A stretch of DNA of 64,000 nt from Nitrospirota bacterium (lineage in GTDB: Bacteria > Nitrospirota > Nitrospiria > Nitrospirales > NS-4), in NCBI GenBank assembly GCA_963788195.1, contig CAWBGA010000001.1, forward strand, positions 320,001-384,000. Reading direction: 5' to 3'. Made by a program: the position numbers and the translations under genes. The notes under the pieces are model-generated. The model made no database searches and had not been told where the DNA came from. It worked only from the letters and a program-made list of their open reading frames with translations. Below are positions 33,165 to 43,190 of this stretch, piece by piece. Numbering within the stretch: the stretch's first letter is position 1; every line of letters begins with the position of its first letter.

Positions 33165-33755
33165 TTAACCGAAGAGGTTCATTTGCTCGACCGTCGCGGC
33201 CGGTTCCTGGCGGCGTTCGAGAAATGCTTTGAGTTTTCTAAAGTCCTCGCGCAGGGGTTCATTGAGGTTCCCTTGGTGCAAGGCGGCCGCAGGATGGAGC
33301 ATAGGAAACACAAAAAACTCCTGTACCTGAAATATCTGCCCGCGCATCTTCATGATGCCCACCTTCTTGCCCAGTAGAGTCTGCATCGCAAAGTTGCCGA
33401 GGGTGCAAACCACGCGCGGCTTGATCATTGCGATTTGTTGAAACAAAAACGGCTTGCAGGTCTCAACCTCATCCGGAAGGGGGTCGCGGTTGTCAGGCGG
33501 GCGACACTTGATGACATTCGCGATATAGATGTCAGAGCGCGATAGGCCGACGGCTTCGAGTAGCTCGTTCAGCAAGCGCCCGGCCGCTCCTACAAAAGGC
33601 TCGCCTTGCCGATCCTCATAGAATCCTGGAGCTTCTCCGACGAACATGATAGTGGCGTGAGGATTCCCCACGCCGAAAACCACTTGAGTCCGTCCCGACG
33701 CCAAGCGGCATCGCCGGCAATCTTTCAGATCGAGAGCGAGATCCTGAAGAGTCAC
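33165..33755 (-). CDS. Uracil-DNA glycosylase family 4
   Basis: CRRC, GEAPG, FVGAAG, KCRPP, HPAA. Confidence 0.92.
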   Translation of the reverse strand: MTLQDLALDLKDCRRCRLASGRTQVVFGVGNPHATIMFVGEAPGFYEDRQGEPFVGAAGRLLNELLEAVGLSRSDIYIANVIKCRPPDNRDPLPDEVETCKPFLFQQIAMIKPRVVCTLGNFAMQTLLGKKVGIMKMRGQIFQVQEFFVFPMLHPAAALHQGNLNEPLREDFRKLKAFLERRQEPAATVEQMNLFG

Positions 33756-33789
33756 TCAGCGTAGTCTCATGGGCAAGCAGGCCCATCAT

Positions 33790-33945
33790 AGTTTTGGGGT
33801 GTCTCGAAGTCAACCCAGGGGCAAAGGAGTTTGTTCGGGGTACCCCTTGCCTTCCATTGCAAGGGGTCGAAAAGACTCCAGGGCGGGCGGGGCAAAGGGG
33901 CAAAGGAGTTGTCAGGATGTCTGAGGGCGGGTCATTGGGGCGGCA
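33790..33945 (+). repeat. G-rich modular repeat, locus E (degenerate)
   Basis: GGGGCAAAGGAGTTTG and CCAGGGCGGGCGGGGCAAAGGGGCAAAGGAG modules shared with loci A and C. Confidence 0.6.
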
Positions 33946-34309
33946 CAGATGGAACTTGATCATTCGGTGGCACCTGGCAAGGATCTTGAATTTTTGGTTC
34001 GCCTTTTTCTGCCGGTTTGTCTGAAGGGGATGGAGGGCACATGTTCAGGGCAGGTTTCGGCTCTATCTTAGGCGCAGGCGGTAACTGGAGCGGCAACGGG
34101 TTCGACGGTAAGGGTGGCTGAGGAACTGGGAGTGAATCTCCAGGTGGTACCGGCAATGGGGGCGACGGCGTTGATGGGGGCGACGGCGTTGATGGGGACG
34201 GCACTGCGGCCGGGGGTGGTGTAGAGATTGTGGGCTCGCAGAGAGCTGTGCGTGACAGCATGAAAGTAATCGCGCAAGCCAGACTTATAGCGAGAATCCA
34301 GGGTCTCAT
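33932..34309 (-). CDS. Proline-rich exported hypothetical protein
   Basis: Signal peptide; 18-bp tandem repeat at 34156-34191 encoding STPSPP; 4-bp overlap with the MFS stop. Confidence 0.55.
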   Translation of the reverse strand: MRPWILAISLACAITFMLSRTALCEPTISTPPPAAVPSPSTPSPPSTPSPPLPVPPGDSLPVPQPPLPSNPLPLQLPPAPKIEPKPALNMCPPSPSDKPAEKGEPKIQDPCQVPPNDQVPSVPPQ

Positions 34310-35607
34310 GGAATTCTACCCCACGCCGGTGAGGAACCGACTTTTCGGCTGATCATCCCCGCCATCCCAGCAGTCATGAACAGCAACAGTCCCATGCCCA
34401 GCAAGCCCGGTTTTTCCCCGATTGTCTGTATCACCCATCCAAAAAGCACCATCCCAGCCATAGCCGCCGCCATTGCGCCAGCGCCATAAAGCGTCAATAG
34501 ACGGCCGACCATTCGCTGCGGGGCAATCTCTTGGAGTACACCCCATGCTACCGGCGTGAAAAGCCCGATTCCGGCGCCGATCACGCATAGCAGGATGCCC
34601 GCGATTACTTTATTGAAGGTCCAAATCAGAGCGTATAGGGAAAGACCCGTGATAACACTGGAGATCGCGATCGCTTGCATCCGTCTTTGCAGCTTCCATT
34701 CGCTCAGACGAAAAAGTGCAAGCGAGACCGCGAAGAGGCCGATGCCCAGGCTCGACCATAAGTAGCCGACTTCCGCAGGTCCTAGTCCGAGCATCTTTTG
34801 TCCCAAAATCGGAAACAAGGTTGAGAATGCACTCATACCAAAACTGTACAGTGCGGCGGTGATAATGAGCTGAAGGATCAGATGCTGCTTCAGGAAAGCG
34901 TACTGAAATCCTTCGATCAAATCGTGGATCGTAGAATCGAATTTCCCGCGTTCGCCGCTCGGAGCCTGAGAGACGTGCCGAATGCGCACGAACAGAAGAC
35001 AGCCTGCAGAGACCATATAGGTCACGGCATTGACACACAGCACCTTTTGCGAACTTAAGGCGGCGATACCGATGCCACTTAGTGCCGATCCCACAATAAC
35101 CCCCACACTAGACGTCACCTGCAAAAGAGCGTTAGCAGCGGTAAATTGAGACCGGTTCACGATAAACGGCACCGAGGCAATCAGCGCCGGACCAAATACG
35201 GTCGACGCGATCGAATTTAAAAACACCAGCACAAAAAGAAATTCCACCGTCAGAGTATCCACCGGGATGATGCAGGGAGCCAGCCCAATAATCACGGCAC
35301 GAAGAATATCGCTTGCGATCATGATGGTCTTTTTCGAGAGACGGTCGAGATAGACGCCAATCAAAGGACCAAAGATGATCGGTGGCAGGGTCTGAAGCAT
35401 ACCCATGAGGGTAGTTTGCACGGCCGAACCGGTAATAGTGTATACGAACCATAAGAGAGCCAGCCTCGTAATGCCGTCCCCTACTTGGGAAACGAGCTGT
35501 CCCCACCAGAGCCACCCAAAGTCTCGCGTCATCAGCAGATGGTGGCTTTTTTCGATGTCAAGGCCTGTCGCTTCGAGCGACTGCAGCTCCATGGGACTGT
35601 TAGACAT
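34306..35607 (-). CDS. MFS transporter (DHA3-like)
   Basis: GQLVSQVGD, GVYLDR, about 12 TM helices. Confidence 0.9.
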   Translation of the reverse strand: MSNSPMELQSLEATGLDIEKSHHLLMTRDFGWLWWGQLVSQVGDGITRLALLWFVYTITGSAVQTTLMGMLQTLPPIIFGPLIGVYLDRLSKKTIMIASDILRAVIIGLAPCIIPVDTLTVEFLFVLVFLNSIASTVFGPALIASVPFIVNRSQFTAANALLQVTSSVGVIVGSALSGIGIAALSSQKVLCVNAVTYMVSAGCLLFVRIRHVSQAPSGERGKFDSTIHDLIEGFQYAFLKQHLILQLIITAALYSFGMSAFSTLFPILGQKMLGLGPAEVGYLWSSLGIGLFAVSLALFRLSEWKLQRRMQAIAISSVITGLSLYALIWTFNKVIAGILLCVIGAGIGLFTPVAWGVLQEIAPQRMVGRLLTLYGAGAMAAAMAGMVLFGWVIQTIGEKPGLLGMGLLLFMTAGMAGMISRKVGSSPAWGRIP

Positions 35608-35652
35608 TGGAGGGCTTCCCGCGCTGGAGGGGCGTCTGTGATTCCAACAGCA

Positions 35653-36945
35653 CTACGATGCAGGGATGGCCACAGGAATTCCCTGGGGAAGACGACTGAA
35701 ATGGGCCGCGACACAGGCCGTCCCGAGCAACAGAAGGCCTATGCCGAAGAGGGTCACGCCGGAGCCTAGCTGATCCGCTGACCACCCAAAACCCAACATC
35801 CCGGCCATTGCCGCAGACATTCCGCCGGCACTGAAGGTGGTAAATACGCGAGAAAGCATGTGGTGTGGTGTCATTTCTTGAAGGACTGACCAGATGACAG
35901 GGGTGACGAGAGCAATACAGCCACCGATAATAATTACGAAAGGGACTGCGAGAATCGCATTCCCAAACAATTTTAGGCCCCAGACAGCGAGGGCGCCCAC
36001 CGCCAGAGAGCCGGAAATCATTCGAAACTTGTATCCCAGATCCCCTTGCTTCAGATAGACCAGCCACGCCGATGTTGCTAGCATGCCGACCCCCAGAAAA
36101 GACCACAGCCATCCCAGTTCGAGTGGTCCTACATTCAGCACCTGCTGGGCGAGCACAGGCAGCAAGAACAAGAATCCGCTCCAGGCTAGATTAAACAAGG
36201 CCAGGGTGATCATCAGGAAAAGGATCGTTCGCTCCTGGCAAAACACGAAGCGAAACCCCGCCACCATGTCCGAAATCACGCTTCGGGAACGCCCACTGTC
36301 CATGGCCTGGAATGCTATTGATGGGATCCGCACCGGTAAAAGGCAAAGAGCCGAAATGAAGTAGGTTATCGCGTTAATGAACAGGACATTTCGCTCGCCG
36401 ATAAAGGCGATACCCAAGCCGCCCAGCGCAGGTCCGACGAGGACGGCGATATTAACCCCGCTCTGTATGAGTGCATTGCCGGCCATGAGCTGATGACGGG
36501 GAACAATGAGCGGGACGGAAGACGATAGTGCAGGCCCAAAGGCGGTTGACGCAATAGCGGTCAGTAAAACCAAGACATAAATCTTATTGAGGGTTAACAT
36601 GTCGAGAGCGTGCAGCACGGGAATGAGTAAAACGAGAACGGTCCGGACCAGATCAATCCAGATCATTAGCCATTTTTTAGGCACCCGATCAACATAGACA
36701 CCGATCAGAGGGCTCAAAAGAAGCGCGGGTAATGTCTGTAGCAGTCCGATGACCGTCATCTTCAGGGCCGACCCTGTGAGCTCGTACACAAACCACAGGA
36801 GTGCAACCTTATTTAAACCGTCCCCTATTTGTGAAACGAGCTGGCCCGACCAAAGCAGACTGAAGTCCCTGGTCTTTAGCAGTTGAAGTCCTCGGAGCTT
36901 TGAATTTTCCGGAAAGGTCGCCGACGAATTTGTCTCATCCGACAT
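35653..36945 (-). CDS. MFS transporter (DHA3-like), paralog of its neighbour
   Basis: GQLVSQIGD, GVYVDR, about 12 TM helices. Confidence 0.9.
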   Translation of the reverse strand: MSDETNSSATFPENSKLRGLQLLKTRDFSLLWSGQLVSQIGDGLNKVALLWFVYELTGSALKMTVIGLLQTLPALLLSPLIGVYVDRVPKKWLMIWIDLVRTVLVLLIPVLHALDMLTLNKIYVLVLLTAIASTAFGPALSSSVPLIVPRHQLMAGNALIQSGVNIAVLVGPALGGLGIAFIGERNVLFINAITYFISALCLLPVRIPSIAFQAMDSGRSRSVISDMVAGFRFVFCQERTILFLMITLALFNLAWSGFLFLLPVLAQQVLNVGPLELGWLWSFLGVGMLATSAWLVYLKQGDLGYKFRMISGSLAVGALAVWGLKLFGNAILAVPFVIIIGGCIALVTPVIWSVLQEMTPHHMLSRVFTTFSAGGMSAAMAGMLGFGWSADQLGSGVTLFGIGLLLLGTACVAAHFSRLPQGIPVAIPAS

Positions 36946-37093
36946 TTGGCACTCTCTTATTTTCGAGCATGGCCGCAATCATTGTTACCAGCGATATAAC
37001 TGATTCGCCTTGACCTTGCCTATCGACAAAAAAAGCTCTTGAGCTTGAAATACGTCAAAGGTAAAAAAAGGCATTGAGTTGGAGTATCAAGAC

Positions 37094-37109
37094 TGCAGAG
37101 CTCATGCCA
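37094..37109 (-). promoter_or_regulatory. Sigma-54 -24/-12 promoter upstream of the MFS pair
   Basis: Minus strand TGGCATGAGCTCTGCA = GG-N10-GC. Confidence 0.6.
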
Positions 37110-37448
37110 AAGTATAAGCGCTTGACATTTTAGCGAAGTCCCGCTCTTCCACCACTCAGGAAGCTACTCCGGTGCCGGACCTCAGGTCTCGCCGCCCCAT
37201 AAGGGGCACGGATATACTATCGTCAACTACATTCATCGCGGTAACGCACGACAAATGGCCTGCTGTGATCTTTGTTTATAGTGAGCCAGATGGTTTAGGC
37301 GCGCTCGGCGCCCTTAAAAAATTCCCATTGGCACCGGCTAAAAGACCTGCCGGTTTTGATTTCCTTGCGGGCCGTTTCATGTAAAGCTTTTTTTGCAACG
37401 TACCGAAATACGTCGCTCCGAAGGGATGCTACGATGGCTAGCGGATCA

Positions 37449-39627
37449 TCAGTTAGAGCTAATGATCTGAAGGTCACCGTCCTTCCGTAACACTTTAATC
37501 GTGACATTTTGCGCATGGGGCTCGAATAAGAGATCCACAGAAGCAGAGCCGACCGTGAGGTTGGCTATCCGGAGTTCTTTCAAGAAATCAGGCAAGACAG
37601 GATTTACAAAGTGAAGTTGCTGTTGTTCTGCATCAATGTCCATGCCCAGGCTTGCTTGCAACAGCAAAAAGACGACAGCCGACGCCCAGGCTTGAGGCGC
37701 GCAGGCCACTGGGTACAAAGTTGGTCCCTCGCCTTGACGCCGCGGAAAACCGCAAAAAAGCTCAGGAAGGCGATGTAGATCCACGCAACAACTTGCATCA
37801 AACATCGCGGTCAACACTTTGAGCGCTGCGGTTTGACGACCATAGCGGCTGAAACCATAGGCGAGCAAGGCATTATCGTGTGGCCAAATCGAACCGTTAT
37901 GATAGGACATCGGATTATAACGGGATTCTGCCTCGGCAACAGTGCGGATGCCCCATCCTGAAAAAAACGCATCTCCTACCAAACCGTCCGTGATCCTATG
38001 GGCGTGCTCGTCAGCCGCAATATTTGTAAACAAACACTGACCCGCGTTGGACGTTCGCACTCGACATGGCTGCTTTTTGCCGTCCAGCGCCAACACATAC
38101 GTTGACAACTCTTCACACCAAAACGCGTCTTGAAATCGTGCCTTCAAGACCTCAGCCGCCCGTAAAAGGTCTGCAGACTTTTCATGCTGACCCAGGGTGG
38201 CAGCGAGATGACCTGCGGCGCATTTTGCCGCATATACATATCCTTGCACTTCACAGAGAGCGATCGGGGCATCAGCTAACGTCCCATCCGCATGGAAGAC
38301 AGCATCCTGCGAATCTTTCCATCCCTGGTGCACCAGTCCCTTGTGGGCTTTGCGTTGGTACTCCACAAACCCGTCGCCATCGATGTCCCCGTACGTATCG
38401 ATCCAATCTAGCGCCGCTTCGATATGCGGCCATAGCGTTTCGATGAATTTCCGATCGGCGGTTCGCCGAAAATACATCCCGGCAAGCAGGACGAACAGCG
38501 GGGTTGAATCGATGCTGCCATAGTAACGACCGAAGGGAATTTCTCCAAGGTGAGCCATCTCACCCTCGCGCGTTTCATGCAAAATCTTGCCTGGCTCCGC
38601 ATCCTGCTCGGGAATGACCGCCTTTGCCTGCATGGCGGCGAGGAACGTCAGAACACCCTTTGCAATTTCCGGCTTCATCCAGAGCATTTCCAAGGCGGTG
38701 ATCACGCCATCCCGCCCAAAAGCCGTGCTGAACCATGGTATTCCAGCGTAGGGATATGGCCCTTCAACCTTCTCGGTCATCATCATATGAAGATCCAGAG
38801 TCGAACGCCTCAGCCATTCATTAAACCATTCATGTGACGTTTCAATGTAGCAGGTCTGAGCGGTGGCATCGTTGACCGATTTGCCTGCTGCTGAGAACGC
38901 CTGATCACACGTTAATCGCAGCGGCTTCTTCGTCCCAGATTCGCAGGATACTGTCAGATAGATAGCGGCAGGGGAGTGCGCGTGCAGCAAGCCTTCAAAC
39001 TGCACCGCAGAGTCGGAAATAACTGATGCTTGTAAATCTGGCGTGGTGCTGTAATCTACGTTTGTGCGTCTGACGATATCATCCAGGCCTTGATAAGCCA
39101 TCACGATGCTTCCGGTCTTAGCGACATTCGGTTCCCTGCGGCCTTTTTGCTTTCGTGTCATTCCTCGCACTTCAAAAATATCTGCGAAGTCCGCGTCAAT
39201 GTGGTACGCCAAAGCAACTTTTACAGCCTCAAGACCATAGTTCTGTATCCGTACACACTCATAACACGCGCCGTTCCACAGAAGCTTCGTGCGAAACAGA
39301 TGAAGTGTTCCACGCGGCATGACCACTTGTCCGTCTCTCGAAACGTCCTGATTCGTGAGGTTTACTGCGATAAGGGCGTTGTCTTCTCTCACCGTGGAGC
39401 TCAGCAGAAAGGGGCGGTCCTGCCCCAGCTTTAGGACCAGCTGCGAGAGGAATCGCGTCCCTTCGTAGTACAAGCCTTGCACGCCAGATCCAAAAGAGGA
39501 AATGTCCCCGTACCGATCAAACACGCCGAACAATTCATCATGCTTAAGCACGAGCGTGCGTTGATCCGTTAGACTTGAAGAGGCAAGGATATAAAACTGA
39601 TCTTTGACGCGGATAACATTTCTCCAA
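37449..39627 (-). CDS. Amylo-alpha-1,6-glucosidase (glycogen-debranching, GDE_N/GDE_C)
   Basis: AGIPWFSTAFGRD, EPGKILHE, QGWKDS, SYHNGSIWPHD; start region approximate. Confidence 0.88.
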
Positions 39628-39646
39628 GAAATACCTCCAAAGCGCC

Positions 39647-40675
39647 TTATCGCATCGCTATTAAGCGATTATAAATGTCGACATAATCCTTTGCCATTCG
39701 AGAAGCGCTGAACCGCTCCTCAAATTTGCGTCGGCATTCCAGGCGGCTGAGAGAAGACACTTGGTCCCCAACCTTCACCGCCTCATCGCTGTCTTTGACG
39801 ATAAATCCCGTTACCCCATTGTCGAGGACTTCCGGGACCGAACCGTAAGGAAAAGCGATAACCGGTGTCCCGGTCGCCATCGCTTCGATCATCACAAGAC
39901 CAAAGGGCTCCTGCCAATCGATGGGAAACAGCAACGCATAGGCATGGCCGAGAAAGTCATCTTTTTCTACTTCCGTAATTTCTCCTATATACTCCACCAT
40001 AGAATCATTCAAAAGGGGCTTAATAATGGCTTGAAAGTACTCCCGGTCCACGGGATCGACCTTTGCGGCGATCTTGAGCTCCATGCCGAGGCGCTTCGCG
40101 ATCTCGATGGCGCGATCCACGCGCTTTTCGGGGGAGATGCGCCCAAGAAACGCTAAATATTTCCCCGGAGCTTCATGAAACCTGTACAGGGATTGAGGCA
40201 AGCCGTGATACACCGTCCCTTGCCAATTGATCCACTCCAGTGGTTTTCGCTGAGAATTTGAAATAGAAACGACCGGCATAGTAGGGAACCGTTGATATAG
40301 AGGAATGAGATCTGGAATATCCAGTCTCCCGTGTAAAGTAGTGACTTGATGGAGATTGTGACGTGACGACAACGGAAAGTGCAGATAATCAATGTGAAAG
40401 TGAACAATATCGAACCGATTCGCTTGTTGGAACACCTCCTCGAGCATCACAACATGATGTGCCAGGCTGTCAATGCACTGTTTGTTCAATCGTATTGATT
40501 CCGGGCAGCCAGCGACAAGGTGCGCAGCCGTAACCGAATCACCGCTCGCGAAAAGCGTCACCTCATGACCTTGTTGGACAAGCTCTTCAGTGAGATAGGA
40601 GACAATCCGCTCGGTTCCACCATAGAGTTTCGGGGGAACACTCTCATAGAGCGGGCCGACTTGGGCGATTCTCAT
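39647..40675 (-). CDS. Glycosyltransferase family 4
   Basis: VPPKLYGGTER, GRISPEK, EPFGLVMIEAM. Confidence 0.92.
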   Translation of the reverse strand: MRIAQVGPLYESVPPKLYGGTERIVSYLTEELVQQGHEVTLFASGDSVTAAHLVAGCPESIRLNKQCIDSLAHHVVMLEEVFQQANRFDIVHFHIDYLHFPLSSRHNLHQVTTLHGRLDIPDLIPLYQRFPTMPVVSISNSQRKPLEWINWQGTVYHGLPQSLYRFHEAPGKYLAFLGRISPEKRVDRAIEIAKRLGMELKIAAKVDPVDREYFQAIIKPLLNDSMVEYIGEITEVEKDDFLGHAYALLFPIDWQEPFGLVMIEAMATGTPVIAFPYGSVPEVLDNGVTGFIVKDSDEAVKVGDQVSSLSRLECRRKFEERFSASRMAKDYVDIYNRLIAMR

Positions 40676-40844
40676 GAGGATAGTTCTATATCGTCATAAA
40701 TGGCAGTCATGATTGATTCCTTCCTGTGAAGTTTTGTCGCTCAAAATATGGCCGCGACTGATGTCACGCAATAGACAAAACGGACGGTCGACCTGACCAA
40801 TTGTCGAGAGTGGCATGCGGGGCGACGGGAACAGGACGCCTCCC

Positions 40845-40921
40845 CCAAGGGGAAAAGAGCCTGCTTCAGGCTCTGGGCAACGGGAAAAGGCGCGCTTGGC
40901 CGCGCCGGGGCGGGCGGGTGC
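40845..40921 (+). repeat. G-rich modular repeat, locus F
   Basis: GGGGAAAA-GAGCCTG-CTT-CAGGCTC and GGGAAAA-GGCGCG-CTTGGC-CGCGCC-GGGGCGGGCGGGTG modules. Confidence 0.65.
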
Positions 40922-40927
40922 CTTTCA

Positions 40928-41005
40928 AAATGGGGTCAGAGTCGAATTTCCAGATTTTCCCTGCGAGGAGCCCCTGGTGTGTGAAATTCGACTCTGACCC
41001 CATTT
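40928..41005. repeat. REP-like element with perfect 23-bp inverted repeat
   Basis: AAATGGGGTCAGAGTCGAATTTC ... GAAATTCGACTCTGACCCCATTT. Confidence 0.85.
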
Positions 41006-41047
41006 ATTCACCTAGGTAAAATAGACTGACTCTGCTAGTCTTTGAGC

Positions 41048-41990
41048 GTGGATACAGCCCCCAAAATCCAGGCGTTGCAGAGCAACATCGAACGCGTCAT
41101 CAAAGGGAAGACGCAAACGATTGAGCTGGCAGTGCTGGCCTTGCTGGCTCGTGGCCATCTGCTGATTGAGGATGTACCCGGCGTCGGCAAGACTACGCTC
41201 GCGCAGAGTCTTGCGCACTCCCTGGGGTGTAGTTTCAAACGTATCCAGTTCACCAGTGACCTCCTGCCGTCGGATATCGTCGGCGTGTCGATCTATAATC
41301 CACAGCGGCAGGATTTTGAATTCAAGCCGGTCCCCTTTTCGCGCATATCGTGTTGGCTGACGAGATCAACCGCACGACCCCCAAGACACAAAGCAGCCTT
41401 CTTGAGGCGATGAACGATGCGCAAGTATCGGTGGATAACCGGACACATCTCCTACCTCAGCCTTTCATGGTGATCGCGACACAAAATCCATGGGAATACC
41501 ACGGCACCTTTCCTCTGCCGGAGTCGCAACTGGATCGGTTTTTGATGCGCATTCGCATCGGCTATCCGGATTCGATCGATGAGAAGAAGATTCTGGAGCG
41601 GCCGCAACAGCTGCGTCCGGCGGACGAATTGGAGCCTGTTCTCACTGTGCAAGAGGTTCTGGATCTTCAAGAAAGGGTCGAAAAGATAAGGGTTGAGGAT
41701 AGCCTCATGGATTATCTGTTGGCCATTGTATTGGCCACCCGCCGATGCGACGCTCTTGCTTTGGGAGTCAGCACACGTGGGGCCATGGCGCTCCATAAGG
41801 CGTCCAAAGCATTGGCCCTCGTCAGGCAGCGCGACTACTGTCTCCCGGATGACATCAAAGAGCTTGCTCCGCTCGTCCTGTCCCATCGGGTCCGGCTCGA
41901 GGCAAAACACGGCCTGCAGTCGCATCGGTCCGAAGATATGGAGCGGCTGATTCAGGACATCGTGGAATCTGTTCCCGTCCCGCTTATAGG
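41048..41990 (+). CDS. moxR: MoxR AAA+ ATPase, frameshifted
   Basis: [36 protein letters not shown]. Confidence 0.9.
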
Positions 41991-41997
41991 CCGCCAC

Positions 41998-43190
41998 ATG
42001 CCCAAGCACCATGCGCATGCCGCCATTCGTGTCGAGCCGCCTGAGCGTGCAGTGACAAAACGGACGGCTCTGTCCCTGTGGCCGGGGATATTTCTTCGCT
42101 GGTTCTACCAAAACCGCTCACTTCGACTCACTTCCGAAGGCCTGCGTTTTGTATTGATCGCATTGGCGGTCGGAATCGCTGCCCTCAATACCGGGAATAA
42201 TCTCCTGTACTTGTTGCTCGCCATGATGCTTGCCTTAATTGTGGTCTCGGGTGTGCTGTCTGAGAGGTGCCTCAAAGGTCTGAGCATTCAGAGGAGGCTC
42301 CCAGCACATCTCTTCGCCGGCGAACCTGCGACGGTCGCGCTACGGGTGACCAACGAGAAGCGCCACTTCCCGAGCTTCTCGTTGAGGATCAGCGACGTGG
42401 TCGTCGGCGCTGCACAGTTCGCGGCGACCCACCTGCTGTATTTGCCACCGAAGGGAAGCACAGTGCACTCGTACCGCCTGCTGTTTCCCAAGCGTGGACA
42501 GTTCCGGGTCGAAGCCACGAAAGTTTCAACACGTTTTCCCTTCGGCCTATTCGTGAAGATCGCGACCCTTCCAAATCAGGCGGAAATGGTGGCCTATCCT
42601 GCGCCGAAGCCTTTGCCCCAGGCGATCCTTGATGCGCTTGAAACCATCGGGCATGACCGAGCGGCCTCCCGGCGAGGGCCGGGAAGCGGGCTTTATAATC
42701 TACGCGACTATCACGTCGGCGATGATTCGCGAAGCGTGCATTGGAAGACCTCCGCACGGCAGTCTCGTCTAGTTGTCCGGGAGACCGAGGCTGAGGATCA
42801 ACGGCAAGTCACGCTTGCCTTGGCGAGCCAGGCGCCGGTCGGGATGCGCGCGCTCACGCTGACCGCGACCCAAGACTTTGAGCGGGCAATCATTCTCACC
42901 GCCTCGCTCGCGGCGCATTTTCAGCGTCAGGGGTTTGCACATGCGTCTCGTTATCGGGGATGAAGAGTTACGCTTGGGGACAGGCCAGGGCCACTTTTAT
43001 CGAATCCTGCGCTTGCTGGCCTGTTCGCGCTTGTCTCTGAACACCGGAGCGCCCATTCCCTCCTCCTTTTTGACACTCTCGAGCGATACCGCATTGGGTC
43101 AGCTCGTCCTCCTCATTCTGCACTGGGAGGATGACCAACTTCGAGCGGCCTGCCGAGGGGTCACGCGGTATTCTGGACGCCTGAACGATG
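41998..43190 (+). CDS. DUF58 family protein, frameshifted
   Basis: NTGNNLLY, FPFGL, LRDYHVGDDSRSVHWKTSAR. Confidence 0.85.

Noticed and set aside
37140..37445. ncRNA or riboswitch between the MFS genes and the glucosidase
   Set aside because: Only short hairpins, with no convincing match to any family I recognise.
41350..42963. MoxR-DUF58 fusion protein
   Set aside because: The join falls where MoxR normally ends (VPVP), just before a separate ATG; it is most likely an indel artefact.
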